The notes under the pieces are model-generated. The model saw only the letters and a list, made by a program, of their open reading frames with translations. It made no database searches and was not told the DNA's origin. A stretch of DNA of 64,000 nt from Azolla caroliniana. Lineage: Eukaryota > Plantae > Polypodiophyta. Shown here in pieces: positions 1 to 10,927 of the stretch (its first letter is position 1; each line of letters begins with the position of its first letter). The translations under genes and the position numbers were made by a program. The stretch is from contig JBHGNT010000007.1 of NCBI GenBank assembly GCA_043228905.1, positions 8,618,001 to 8,682,000 of the forward strand, read 5' to 3'.

Positions 1-785
1 AAAGATTGCCTCCCCAACCAAGAAGGTTGTCGACAACGTGAGTAAGCAAGAATCTTGAACAACTTTGATTGAGTCGGCAGGTGATGGGACCTCAAAGTCT
101 TCGGCTGCCAATACTATGAAGACATTAGCCGATAAGACTGTGCAGCCTCACCTCAAGAGCTACCTCCATGTATAATGGACGTTGATCTATACTAAAGAAG
201 GAGGGGATTTTCTCCTCGTATTTGCAAAGTCAAAAGGTGATGTTTATACTGGCCGATGAGGTTAAGCTTCAAGTGGGAAAGACCTTCACCTACGGGCAAA
301 TAAAGAACATACAATATGAGGACAATGACTCACCTTACCTGTTGTTTGATGTTGAGAGCTCAGGGGGGTTGTGTAGGATCTGAATTGATGAAGGAAATTT
401 TGTAACAGACTCCTGCCACCCCAAAGCCTTGAAGAAAGATGTTGAAACAAAGAACAACTTACTTGTCGCTTTGCGCCCGTACATTAAAGGAGAACTCATG
501 GTCGCGCAAGCAAGCACCCCACCGAAGACTGCCCAAAAATGAAAATCAGAACACAAGAAGTACAAAAAATGGCAGCATCCTGAGGATGACGAGGCCGAGT
601 TCTTGAGTTCGTCAAAGATGAGGAGGAAGATAGACAACTAGAAGTAATTCCTCTAGGTGGCCAGATTGCCTTGGGAATCCTCACCTCAAAACAAAATTGG
701 ATTCGTGAAAATATTGCGAAGACTAAGCTCGTTCGTAAGGGACAATTGTTTCATTTATCAATTTGTTCGATTTAGAGGCCATCGA
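1..785 (+). pseudogene. ParB-like/DNA methyltransferase gene, segment 1 (N-terminal region, decayed; start probably upstream of window)
   Basis: Frame ...GGQIALGILTSKQNWIRENIAKTKLVRKGQLFHLSICSI*RPS continues in frame at 17994 once element A and one ATCGA copy are removed. The reading frame further upstream is uncertain. Confidence 0.65.
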
Positions 786-1174
786 TGTTGTTTGCCTGGC
801 CGGACTAGCCACAACACAGGTGTCTATCCGACACTTCTCCAAAGGGGTGGTAAGGATTGGATGCTAGGTTACACGCGTAAGAGGATTACACTAAGCACAG
901 ACGGTAAAACAATACAAAGACAAAGATAAACACGCAATAAGTATAATTGTATTACTTCCGTAAAGCATTTACAAATCATCAGATCCTTTTATAGGCATCC
1001 GGCAAGGTTACAATCGGTGCACTTAGGCAACCGGCATCCGAATCGGTCCGGATCCGGATCGGTACAACTGTACCGGATCCGTCCCTCCGAATAATAAATA
1101 TACTATTATTTACTTCCTATTATTCGATCCGACTCCGTCTTCCCACTTGTCCTTGCTCTTCTGACCGGCCAACA
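786..1174 (-). repeat. Element A 3' LTR
   Basis: Direct repeat of 17642-17988; starts TGTTG, ends CAACA. Confidence 0.95.
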
Positions 1175-1176
1175 CA

Positions 1177-1192
1177 TGGCACGCCCGTGGGA
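1177..1192 (+). promoter_or_regulatory. Element A: PBS-like tRNA-Arg(UCU) site at the PPT position, opposite orientation
   Basis: TGGCACGCCCGTGGGA, 2 nt inside the 3' LTR boundary; no purine tract on the element's sense strand here. Confidence 0.65.
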
Positions 1193-4146
1193 AAGTGCCT
1201 TGCACTTCGAATCCACTCCCGGCCTCATTCTTCCTCCAAAATATCGAGCAAACTCCGCTCGAAGGTGTCAAGTGGTGCCTCTTCCTCCAATTCCTGTTCC
1301 TTGCCTACCTGGTTTCCGACCTCCGTTTGGGTTGGTTGTTCCATAAAAATTTGCAGCTCCGGCTCTGCTTGATTCTGTGGTGCCGGTGCTTCCTCAACGC
1401 TCCATCCGGGTTCTTCCTATTCTTCCTCCGTTCCAGGCTTTGTTCTGTTACCAGTGTCGCTTTCTCCGGTCTCGACTGGTCAGTTCGGTGCGCCTTCTTC
1501 CTCTGCTCCGATGTTTTCCGGTCTCAGCTCTTCTTCTTCCCCAGCATCGGTCTGCACCTGCTCTTCTTGATTTTCTTGGAACGGAAGTTCTTCTTCGGGT
1601 ATTCCTTGTCGGGGTTGTTCGGTGTCGGTTGGTTCAGCTTCAGTCGGTCGCTCTCCCTCACTTATAGTGATTGGCGTCGTTCTTCCCTCGGTTTCCTGTC
1701 GTAACCGGTCCTGCTCGTATTTCTCCAACTCCAACTGAGTTGCGAGCTGCCCGTCATCCAACCTCTCTACCAACCCTCGGATTTCTTTGAGATGTTCTTC
1801 CACTAAAGCGTAGAAATCCTCCGACAATTCTTCCCGAATGGCGACGATACTTTCTTCATCCATCTTGTAGAACTTGTCACCGGTCTTCCTCCGATTCTCG
1901 GCATCAGCTCGGAGTGTCTGCAGCTCAACTGCCTGTTGTGACCACTCCTTCCATAGCTTTTCCGTACTTTTGTTGATGCTTGCCTGAGCTCGGGTACTCC
2001 AACATGACATGATGAGCTTGATCCGGTCAACCCCCGCTTTAGCATGCGCATAAGCTTCTTTCTTTTCCTTCCTTGCCCGTTTTATAATGTCGGCCATTAT
2101 CTGAGCCTGGGCTTCGTAATCCGCTTTCTGCTTTCCATAGGCACTTTGCAGTTTGTTGATCGTGAAGGTTGATCTTTCCTTTTCTTCATTCCTGATCTTG
2201 GTCAGATCCAGCTTTTCCCACCTTAGCGCCTCTAATTCCTTCCTTCTCTCCGTCGCTTGGGTTATTTCCGCCGACAATGCTTCCTTTTTGGCACTGACCT
2301 CGTCCATTGTCTTAGTTAGGTCTAATCGGGTCTCTTTGAGCTGTTCTTTCAGCTTCTCTATTTGCCGGTCGTAGTCTGCTGCCCGTTTCTTGTTGTCCGA
2401 CTCGGCCTGCTTGTGATCTTGGTAGAGTTGGTCGAAGTCCTCCGTCTTCTGCTTCAGGCGTCGGCTTACCTGAGCTCTTAACTGATCGTCCCGGTCCTTC
2501 TGTTGTCGGAGTTCTTCCTGCAGTCGCTCTATCTCCTGCTCGGCCTATCGACGCAGTCGGTCCTTCTCCTTTTGCAGCTTTTCTTTTTCTTCTTGCAGTC
2601 GGTCATTAGTGGCTCGGCCTTTTCGGAGGCCTTCTTCCATTCTTCGTCTGTCGTCCTCCACCACTTTCCGCTGCTCCCTTTCTTTTTCCCTTAATGCCTC
2701 CTGAGCTTTTAACTCCTCTCGCAAGGTTTCTATTATTTTTTCGGTCTCAGGGCCGGTTTGCAAGGCTACCTGTTCCGGTTCCGGTTCTGGTTGCTTCCTT
2801 GTTGTCCCGACCGGCTCGGTGACAACTTGTGCTTGTTGAATTCCTTCCCTCGCCTGCAACAGCTCCCCTTGCAACTCCTGGATCTGTGTTCGGAGCGCGA
2901 CCAACTCCTGGGTTGTTGTATGCGTCAGGTGTTGCCTACATGTTTCTTCTTCCTCTAACTGGTCCGCTACTCTCGATACCTGCTCCGAAAGCCATCTCAG
3001 CCATTGTGGCTTTGTGCTTCCTGTGTCGGAGTAGCATTGCTCACTTCTACTCCTTAACTCAGGCTATTTTTCCGGCCTTTTCTCTGGCTCTGGCGCTTGT
3101 TCATTCCTCTTCTCTGGAATGACCGGTTCTCTGAAGTCCGGCAAAACCAGTTCCGGTACTGCTTCCCTCGGTGCGGGTTCCGGTACTGCTTCCGCCCCGG
3201 CTACTGGAGGTGGTCCTTGCACCCTCTGCTGAGTTCTGTCAACTGGTGGAGCCGGTCCTCTCGCCCGTCTCTCCCGACCTTGTATTGCTGGGAGTCTTAC
3301 CAGTGGTTCGGATGAGTCTTCTGCTTCAGCTTCCTCCTCCGGTGCGGCTACCAGACGGACCTTTTGTATAAAGTCCTTTGGTTCCGGTTCCGGCCGTCGC
3401 AGCGTTATATTGATTGGTTTGAGCGCTACCGGTTCTTCCTCGGCCGGTTTTCCTTTGCCTTTTCCTGTCGGTTTTGCCTTTGTTGCCGGTTCCTGTTGCT
3501 GTCAGGATGGTCCTTCCTCCCGCTGTTCTGCTTCTTCCTGGGTCCATCCGGGGGTGCGTTTCTCTAGGATCTGTTGGCGCTTTGTGACCTTTTTCGGCGT
3601 CGTCTCCTGCCGACCTCTTTTCTTTTGTTTGATGGGGAGCACCGGTGGGACTAACACCGTTAGCCATTGTGCTATCCTGGCCCATGGCTTTTTTCCTTCC
3701 ACAAGGTTCTTGATGGCCTCCTTCAATCCTTCGGTTATGAAATGGAGCCAGTCCACTTGTAATCCTTCGTACGTTGCAATTAGGAACGTTGCCCGGTACC
3801 TGGCTATGGCCGGGGGACGAGAATTCACGAATCCGTATTCCATCATGGCGCGGGCCACTTCTCCGAACAACAGGTTCTCTCCGCCCTATGTTCGGTACGC
3901 CTTGCTGCTGATGGAATACTCACCGAAATATTCGAACAGGATTTGACTTGAAGGGTTTTCGATCATTTGAAGTCCTCCTGCTTTTATCCCCGTGAGTGCT
4001 TGCACCGCTCCTTCCGTGACTTCTGATAAATCAATCGATGCTGCCGCCTGCTCCGGTTCTGCGTGTGGTGGAGCGTCGGCGATCCGCAACAATCCTTCTA
4101 ACCCATTCTCTATCATCCATTGGCGTGCCTCTTCCGACAGTGCCAT
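1190..4146 (-). pseudogene. Element A extra 3' ORF: large coiled-coil protein of unknown function (fragmented)
   Basis: Same-strand ORF pieces 3886-4404 (likely start MALSEEARQW at 4146), 3502-3870, 2545-2904 and 1480-2307; E/K/R/Q-rich heptads. Confidence 0.7.
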
Positions 4147-4607
4147 TGGTTCGGATTCTTCTTCTGTTGTCTGTTGTTCGGGATCGGGATGTGTGTGCGT
4201 TGTGCGTCGGATCGCTCTTCTGTGCTTCTGCGCCTGTGTGTAGGAAAATTCATAAAAAGTAAGTCCTTCGCAGGCCTGTGTCTTATATAGTGGCTTTTGC
4301 CTCGAGCCGCCCTTTTTCGTTTCCCGCGCATGTCTATCCCCCGCCATAATTAGCATGTCCTTTCTTGGTTGCCGCGTGTGCATATCTCCTGTCATTATTA
4401 GCAATTCTTCTCTTGATTGCCGCGCGTGCGTAATACCTCATACGTCGGTGCCCACGTTCTACGCTTTAAATAGCAACTACGCGCACGTCCTCCTTTACTT
4501 CATGGCGCCTCTTCGTTGCATGGTGGCGCTCCCACCTCTTGTGATCTCCCCATCATCATTACTTTGATTTTATTTATTTATTTATTTTTTTCTTTGTTTG
4601 GACCATG

Positions 4608-7600
4608 TCATTTTCCGGTCCCGCCCGATTTGTTCGGGTCGGTTCGCGCTGATACCGGAATCTCCTTCTGTCGGTTTTCCGGGATAGTCTTTGTCGGTAT
4701 TGGTGTCGGTTCTTCCTCGGTCCGGATTTCTGCAGCAGCGTCTGTCGGTGTCGGTTCCTCATCGTGCCGGATTTCCGGGTCTTGCTTGAACGGGTTGGCT
4801 TGCATATTTCCCTTATACGGCTTTAGCCGAAACCCATTTGCCCACTTACCGATGACTTCTCCAGACAATGTGCCGAGCTGATACGACCCATTGTACTCCT
4901 TGGTGATCCAGAACGGTCCGGTCCACCGAAACCGCAACTTTCCCAGCATGTTCCCCATCCGTGTCTGGAACAGTAGCACCGGTTTTCCGACTTCGAACTC
5001 CTTTTCATTGCCACGCCGGTGTCGGTCCACACAAGCTTTTCTCCTCCTTTGCTCCAATTCGAGTTGTAGTAAGTTGGCTATTCGGTTTTCTTCTAATTCC
5101 AACAACGTCGCCAGCCGGATTCGTTCGGACTCCTTCTCACTTAAGCGCTCCTTTACCTGGATCCGTAAGCTGGGGATCTGGAACTCTACCGGCATGACCG
5201 CTTCTAAGCCGAATGCTAGTCGGAACGGGGTTGTCCGGATGCTGGTTTTGTACATTGTTCGGTACGCCCATAGCGCGCTCTGCAATTTTGTATCCCAGTC
5301 GGTCCGGTTCTCGTTGACGATTTTTTGTAGGATGTTCTGTAGAGTTTTGTTCGTCGATTCCGCTAGTCCATTGGCTTGAGGGTAGTAGGGAGTACTCCTT
5401 TTATGTACCACCGCGTAAAATGACGTCAGGCTTTCTACTACCTGCCCGAGAAAGTGTCCTCCTTGGTCACTTATAAGCTCGATCGGGCATCCATACCGGC
5501 ACCATATGCAGTCGTACAGGAACTTTGCCGTGGACGCGGCCGTGTTGTCCTGTAAGGCCTTCGCTTCCACCCATTTGGTGCAATAGTCGGTCGCCACTAT
5601 GACATACCGATTTCCGGTTCGCATTGCCGGTGGCTTGAAGGGACCGACAAAGTCCAAACCCCACTTTTGAAACGGTTCCAATGGCAAGACCGGGTGGTGT
5701 GGCATCCGGGCCTGCTCCGTGGGTTGGCCCAGTCGTTGACACAAATCACATTCTCTGCTATACTTCACGGCATCTTTTAGGGTGGTGGGCCACCACAGTC
5801 CGCTCTGCCATATTTTCCGAGCGGTTGCGTCGCCGGCATAATGCCCGCCGGCAATTCCACAGTGGGCTTCCCTGAGGATTAGATCCTTCTCATCGCTCCG
5901 CACTGCTCATCTCCAGATGCCATCTGCCCCCTTGTGATAGAGGGTGTCTCCAACCAAGCAGAAATGTCTGCTTCTTACTGCTACCCTTTTCCTTTCATCG
6001 CGGTCCATGTTCTCTGGTGCTCAGGAACTGATGCATCTCGGTTAGCCACTTGTCTTCATCGGCTACCGTTGCATCCGTTGCCGGTTCTGTCGTGATCCGG
6101 AACAACTCGGTGTCGGGGAACTCATCCTGTACGCCGTCCCCTGCTTCTCCGGATTCGAGTCTGCTTAGGTAGTCCGCTACCACATGCTGCGCCTCGGGTC
6201 GGTGGAAAATGTCGAATTCAAATTCCTGTAACAGCAGTGTCCATCGTGCAATTTTTCCCGTCAGGGATGCCTTCGAGACCAGGTAGAGTAGTGCCGAATG
6301 GTCGACATGGAAGGAAAACTTCCTTCCGAGCAGATAGTGCCTGTACTTTGTGACACTATACACCATTCCTAATGCCTCGCGTTCCGTCGTAGAGTAGTTC
6401 CGTTCGGCTTTTGAGAGTTTCCGGTTTGCATAGTATACCGGCCGGTACCATTTCGGCTCCGTGAGTTGCATCAGAATGCTGCCGATTGCTAAGTCCGACG
6501 CGTCGACGAAGACGTGAAAGCTTTTACTCCAATCCGGCGGTTGCACCATCGGAGCTTGCGACAGCATAACCTTCAACGCTTGGTAAGCTTTCTCCTCCGT
6601 CTCCGCCCATAGGAAGGGTACCCTGTGTACGGCGGCATGCAATGGTGTAGCAAAGTCTGCGAGGTGTCGTATCATCCGGCTATGCCACCTTATTTGGCCC
6701 AGGAACCGGCTTAAAGCCTTTGCGTTATTTGGTGCCGGTGCCTCGAGAATCGCCTTTACTTTATCCGAATCTACCGCAATTCCTTCCTTACTCACCACGT
6801 GCCCTAGTAAGTTGCCGCTTGCCACTCCAAAGACGCACTTGGCCAGGTTCAGACTCAACCGGTACTCGCGGCACTTCTCTAAGCACAGCCGGAGGTGATC
6901 GAGATGCTCTCCGTGCCGGCTGTAGACCGTGAAATCATCAAGGAAGACCTGCATAAAACCGGGGATATATTCCCCGAAAATTTCCATTATTATCCTTTGA
7001 AAGGTCGTTGGGGCCGTCTTTAGTCCGAACATCATCATGACCGCGACGAACACTCCCCATTCCGTAACAAACGTTGTCTTCTCCTGGTCGGCCGGGTTCA
7101 TTCGTATTTGGTTGTAACCGCTAAATCCATCCAGGAAGCTGTAAACTTCGTGGCCGGCTACCGCATCTAACACCCTATCCGTAAATGGTAGTGGAAACGC
7201 ATCGGTCACCGTTGCGGCATTTAGTTTCTGGTAGTCCACGCAAACCCGGATTTTGCCGTTCTTTTTCGGGACCACCACTATCAGACTCAGCCAGGTTGCC
7301 TGCTTGACCGGTCGGATAAATCCGACCCGGAGGAGATTATCAATCTCCTCCTTCACCTTCGCCGCATAATTCGGATTCATCCGGTACCTGCGTTGAGCGA
7401 TCGGTTTCGCGTCCGTACTTAGGTGAATTTGGTGTTGATAGAGCTGGGGGTCCAGCCCTCGCATGTCTTCATACGACCACTCGAACACATCCTTGAAGTC
7501 TGTTAATAATGCTACCCTTGCCTTCTTTTCTTCCTTCGGCAATTCCTTTGCGACATTTACCGGTCGGGGCTTGTTTGTTGTGCCGAGGTCCACCTCCTCT

Positions 7601-7982
7601 AGTTGGGATGCTTTTACCCTCTAGGATATCGTCATCTCCCTCTCTAGGGATTCCTGCGCTTGTCGCAGTTCCTGGATCGCCGCTTGGTCCGGTTCGTCCG
7701 GCGTCGTGATGTACGGTTCTACTGCCGTCGTGATACCCACCTCAAATAGTGGGACGATTCGTGGGTGTTCCTCGAGGTACTGATCGACTTCCTCGTCCGG
7801 TAATCCCTCCAACATGTTGATACTTTCCGCATACAATGGAGTTGCTTCCTTACTGGCGATCACCCGTGGTTGCGTCGCTACTCGTACCTTTGTTTTCCCT
7901 CGCCGGAATGTGATCATGTTCTTTTGCCAGTTCTGCTTGATATGCACCGTTCGCAGCCATGGTCGTCCTAGCAGTAGGGGGT
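4608..7982 (-). pseudogene. pol: Element A pol: end of protease, RT, RNase H, integrase
   Basis: RVCVDYQKLN, FLDGFSGYNQI, VFLDDF, DASD...EREAL, HCGIAGGH...CDLC, GLDFVGP, SDQG, NGLAE; stops and frameshifts. Confidence 0.95.
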
Positions 7983-8048
7983 ACGCTGTCGTGAAGAATG
8001 TGCTTCACGATATAAAAATGAGCTTAAATGTTGTATTTAATAATATTT

Positions 8049-8105
8049 GAGGGACTTGAACCCTCAACCTTGTATACCAAGCACCAAACATACACCACTA
8101 AGCTA
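8049..8105 (-). promoter_or_regulatory. tRNA-like Pol III A/B-box unit in B LTR (copy at about 14403-14459)
   Basis: Minus strand TAGCTTAGTGG ... GAGGG-TTCAAGT-CCCTC (perfect T-arm) at tRNA spacing. Confidence 0.6.
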
Positions 8106-8365
8106 GGTTAGTTATTTTAGAATGCATTTTCATCATTATAATGATCTCATATCTATTTTCATACATAGCCATCATTCATCACATGCAATGCATGTGCGCC
8201 AAATGGCGATCATGCATTACATGTAACCCATGCATTGCATGCATGCCATGCTCCCATACATTACCATATGCATGGCAACACTTATATAAAGAGGGGAAAG
8301 GGAAAACAAGGAGGGGAATCAAGAGAAAGTGAGAGAAATAAGATAATCAAAAAAAACAAACAAGT

Positions 8366-8419
8366 TAGCTTGTTGGTGAAGAGGCTCGTGTTTCCAAGTT
8401 GGAGTCAAGAGTTCGAATC
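8366..8419 (+). promoter_or_regulatory. Second tRNA-like A/B-box unit in B LTR (copy at about 14720-14773)
   Basis: TAGCTTGTTGG ... GAGTTCGAATC with about 43 nt between box starts. Confidence 0.5.
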
Positions 8420-8743
8420 AAGGGTCGGTAGAGAAAGGGTTCATCTTGCCACCAAACATTGTAAAGTTGGTAAAATCTTGTATTCGTAATACACATCATG
8501 TTCATATCATATACTTTTTTGTCTTAAATCATACTTTGTCTCTATCTTGCGTCTTGAATCATACATTGCCTCTATCTTTTATCTATACTAGTCTCTCTCT
8601 CACACATATTACTTTAAACTATTATTCTTCATATCCTTTATCTTCCTAACATTTGAGCGCAAGCCTTATAAAAGTTCCTTCAACTCCCCTTAACCTTAGT
8701 CCCTGCGACTTCGCCGCACGAACCACAACTACCCTGACACATT

Positions 8744-8761
8744 TGGTGAACCCGACGTGAA
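8744..8761 (+). promoter_or_regulatory. Element B PBS, tRNA-Trp
   Basis: TGGTGAACCCGACGTGAA is complementary to the plant tRNA-Trp 3' end (...TTCACGTCGGGTTCACCA, from recall). Confidence 0.85.
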
Positions 8762-8778
8762 GGCGGTGACGAGGAGAA

Positions 8779-10893
8779 ATGGAGGAGCAAATGAGGCTTA
8801 TGTGTACGATGATGGAATGAGTGATGCGGGAACAGGGGATGATGGCAAGCATCGACAAAGCCGTCGACAATATTCTCGCACGAGTAGGAATCTTCGAAGG
8901 TATAAATTTAACAAGATTTCTGAAGATTTATAATGAAGAAATGCTTAAACGCGGTGTCGACGAAGCTACAAAAATTAATAGCTTTAGTCGAGTCGCTGCG
9001 ATTGGGCTACAAGAGAGGATCCAAGAGCTCCAAAGGGAGAATCAGACATGGACAACATTCGAAAGGGCATTACTCAATGAATACAACCTCAACGATATGT
9101 CAACGATGACAAGGCGAGCTTTCATGGATTGGGTAGAGTCTAATAAACATTTAAGTGTTTTGGAAGTATTAAAAGAGTTTTCTGAAAGATTTGAGCAACT
9201 AAATGTTAGAGATAGAAATATAATAGTGCCAGATAAAGTAATATTGTTTCTACAAGCTACTAATATTAAAGACAAGAAGGACTTGGGAATGCTTTTAGAA
9301 GATCAGAATAGTCCAAGTGGACTTACCGAAGATTGGGAGGAGGTGAAAAGGGCGTGCGCCCATTTCTACAAAAGAAAGTTATGGTTTATGGAGTTGCCCG
9401 ACAGAAATGATGAAGAAACGGGGAACGAGTCGGTAGAATAGAAAGTAGAAGAATCACTCTTACACGAATTAGTGAAAGGCATGAAAGACTTGTCGATCAA
9501 AGTGACGAAGCTAGAATCAGGACAAAGCTCGACTTCATCAAGGCAGGGAGGTGGAATGGTCCGAAGGTGTATGTGGTGTGATAGTATCGACCACCAGAAG
9601 AAAGATTGTCAAGAGCATAGGGATGCTCTTAATCATAATAAAATCTACTATCAAGATGGCAAGATTCACTCAACTGAGACTCGACAACCAGTTCAACTCA
9701 ACTTCGGGCGAGGAGGAATGAAAAGGCTAATGGAAGATGCCGAGAGAGAAACGACTCAAGTGATACAATCCGTGGCAACCTTAGGATTGCGCATAGAAGA
9801 CTCATATGGTGGATCTGGATTTTGGCAAGATGTGATGGATTATGCAAGAAAAGGGAAGGTTCGAGTGGATGAATTAAAAAGAGCGGGAGATGAAATACAA
9901 AACTTCATTGGATGGAATGATCCAGTAGATGCGCTATCAGCATTCGCCCAAGTGAATGCACAAGATGTGCTAGTGGAAGAGAAGCGGAAGAGAGCTGAGG
10001 AAGCTGATCTGACAAAGAGACATGAGACACGAGAACAAAAGAGAAGGGAGATGGAAAAGGGTGCTATTGAGCCGAAGGAAGCTGATAAAGTAAAAGGAAA
10101 GACAGGCCCATCTTTCAAGCTTGCCTCAGACATAGAAACAACGACGGATATAAAAAAGGTACTAGAAACAAGAATATTAAATAGTAAGGTAGAATTTACT
10201 TTAAGAGAAGTGTTGGGTATAGAAAAGAAAGAATTTCATGAAGTTATCATAGATATTATTAGAAGGAAGAGACAGGTGACGGAGGAAATTACGGGAGGGT
10301 GTGCAACAACACTCCAAGATTTGTATGGTGGCACCATCAATGCTGCAAGTGTAAAAAACCAGAATGATGTTGGCGTCCATGAAGGGGATAGGAGTCACTA
10401 TACAAGGGACCATTGGGCTCGAGCAACAACGGAGGCACTTGCAAAAATTGGGGAGCAGCAAATTCCATGTATTGCTTTGATCGATCATGGATCAAAGATT
10501 AACATGATGTCATCGGAATTTTACGCTCGAGGACGATGGCCGATCGACAAGAATCATGGGTGGAAAATAAGAGCTGCCACAGAAACTACGGAGGATCTAT
10601 TCGGAGCATGTCCTAGTGTGAAGGTAACAATTGGTGATGTCTCGGTGAATCAAAATTTCTTTGTGTAGGATCGATCAACCTACCCCGTCATCCTTGGCCA
10701 GCCCTACATCACCGCAGTGAGGATGGAAACAAAGGTTATTGATGATGGTTCGGCTTTCGCAAGAATCAAGAGTCAAGATGGAAGAAAGACTGTCCAATTC
10801 TTAACCGTGAGGCCCAACCATGAAAGAAACAAAGAATACTTGAGGGAACATCCAATTCAAGAGATGGATGAAGAGTTTTCCCAGGATTTTTAG
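8779..10893 (+). pseudogene. gag: Element B ORF1 gag-protease (three premature stops)
   Basis: One frame (ORFs 8821-9441 and 9472-10668 share it); CMWCDSIDHQKKDC knuckle; ALIDHGS protease; YPVILGQP; ends QDF*. Confidence 0.85.
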
Positions 10894-10927
10894 ATAGGGC
10901 TTTTACAGGTAGGGGCTGTGATAGCCC
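10884..10927 (+). promoter_or_regulatory. Putative -1 ribosomal frameshift signal of B
   Basis: G_GAT_TTT directly before the ORF1 stop; hairpin 10897-10927; -1 frame is open into pol at 11097. Confidence 0.7.

Larger units (their letters stand above)
7987..8739 (+). repeat. Element B 5' LTR
   Basis: TGTCG...TGACA, near-identical to 14341-15093; TATA-like TATATAAA near 8283. Confidence 0.95.

Noticed and set aside
1195-4262. Many plus-strand ORFs rich in F/L/S/C
   Set aside because: Antisense shadows of the purine-rich minus-strand accessory ORF of A.
8049-8105. Functional tRNA gene
   Set aside because: No acceptor stem and an imperfect anticodon arm; reported only as tRNA-like.
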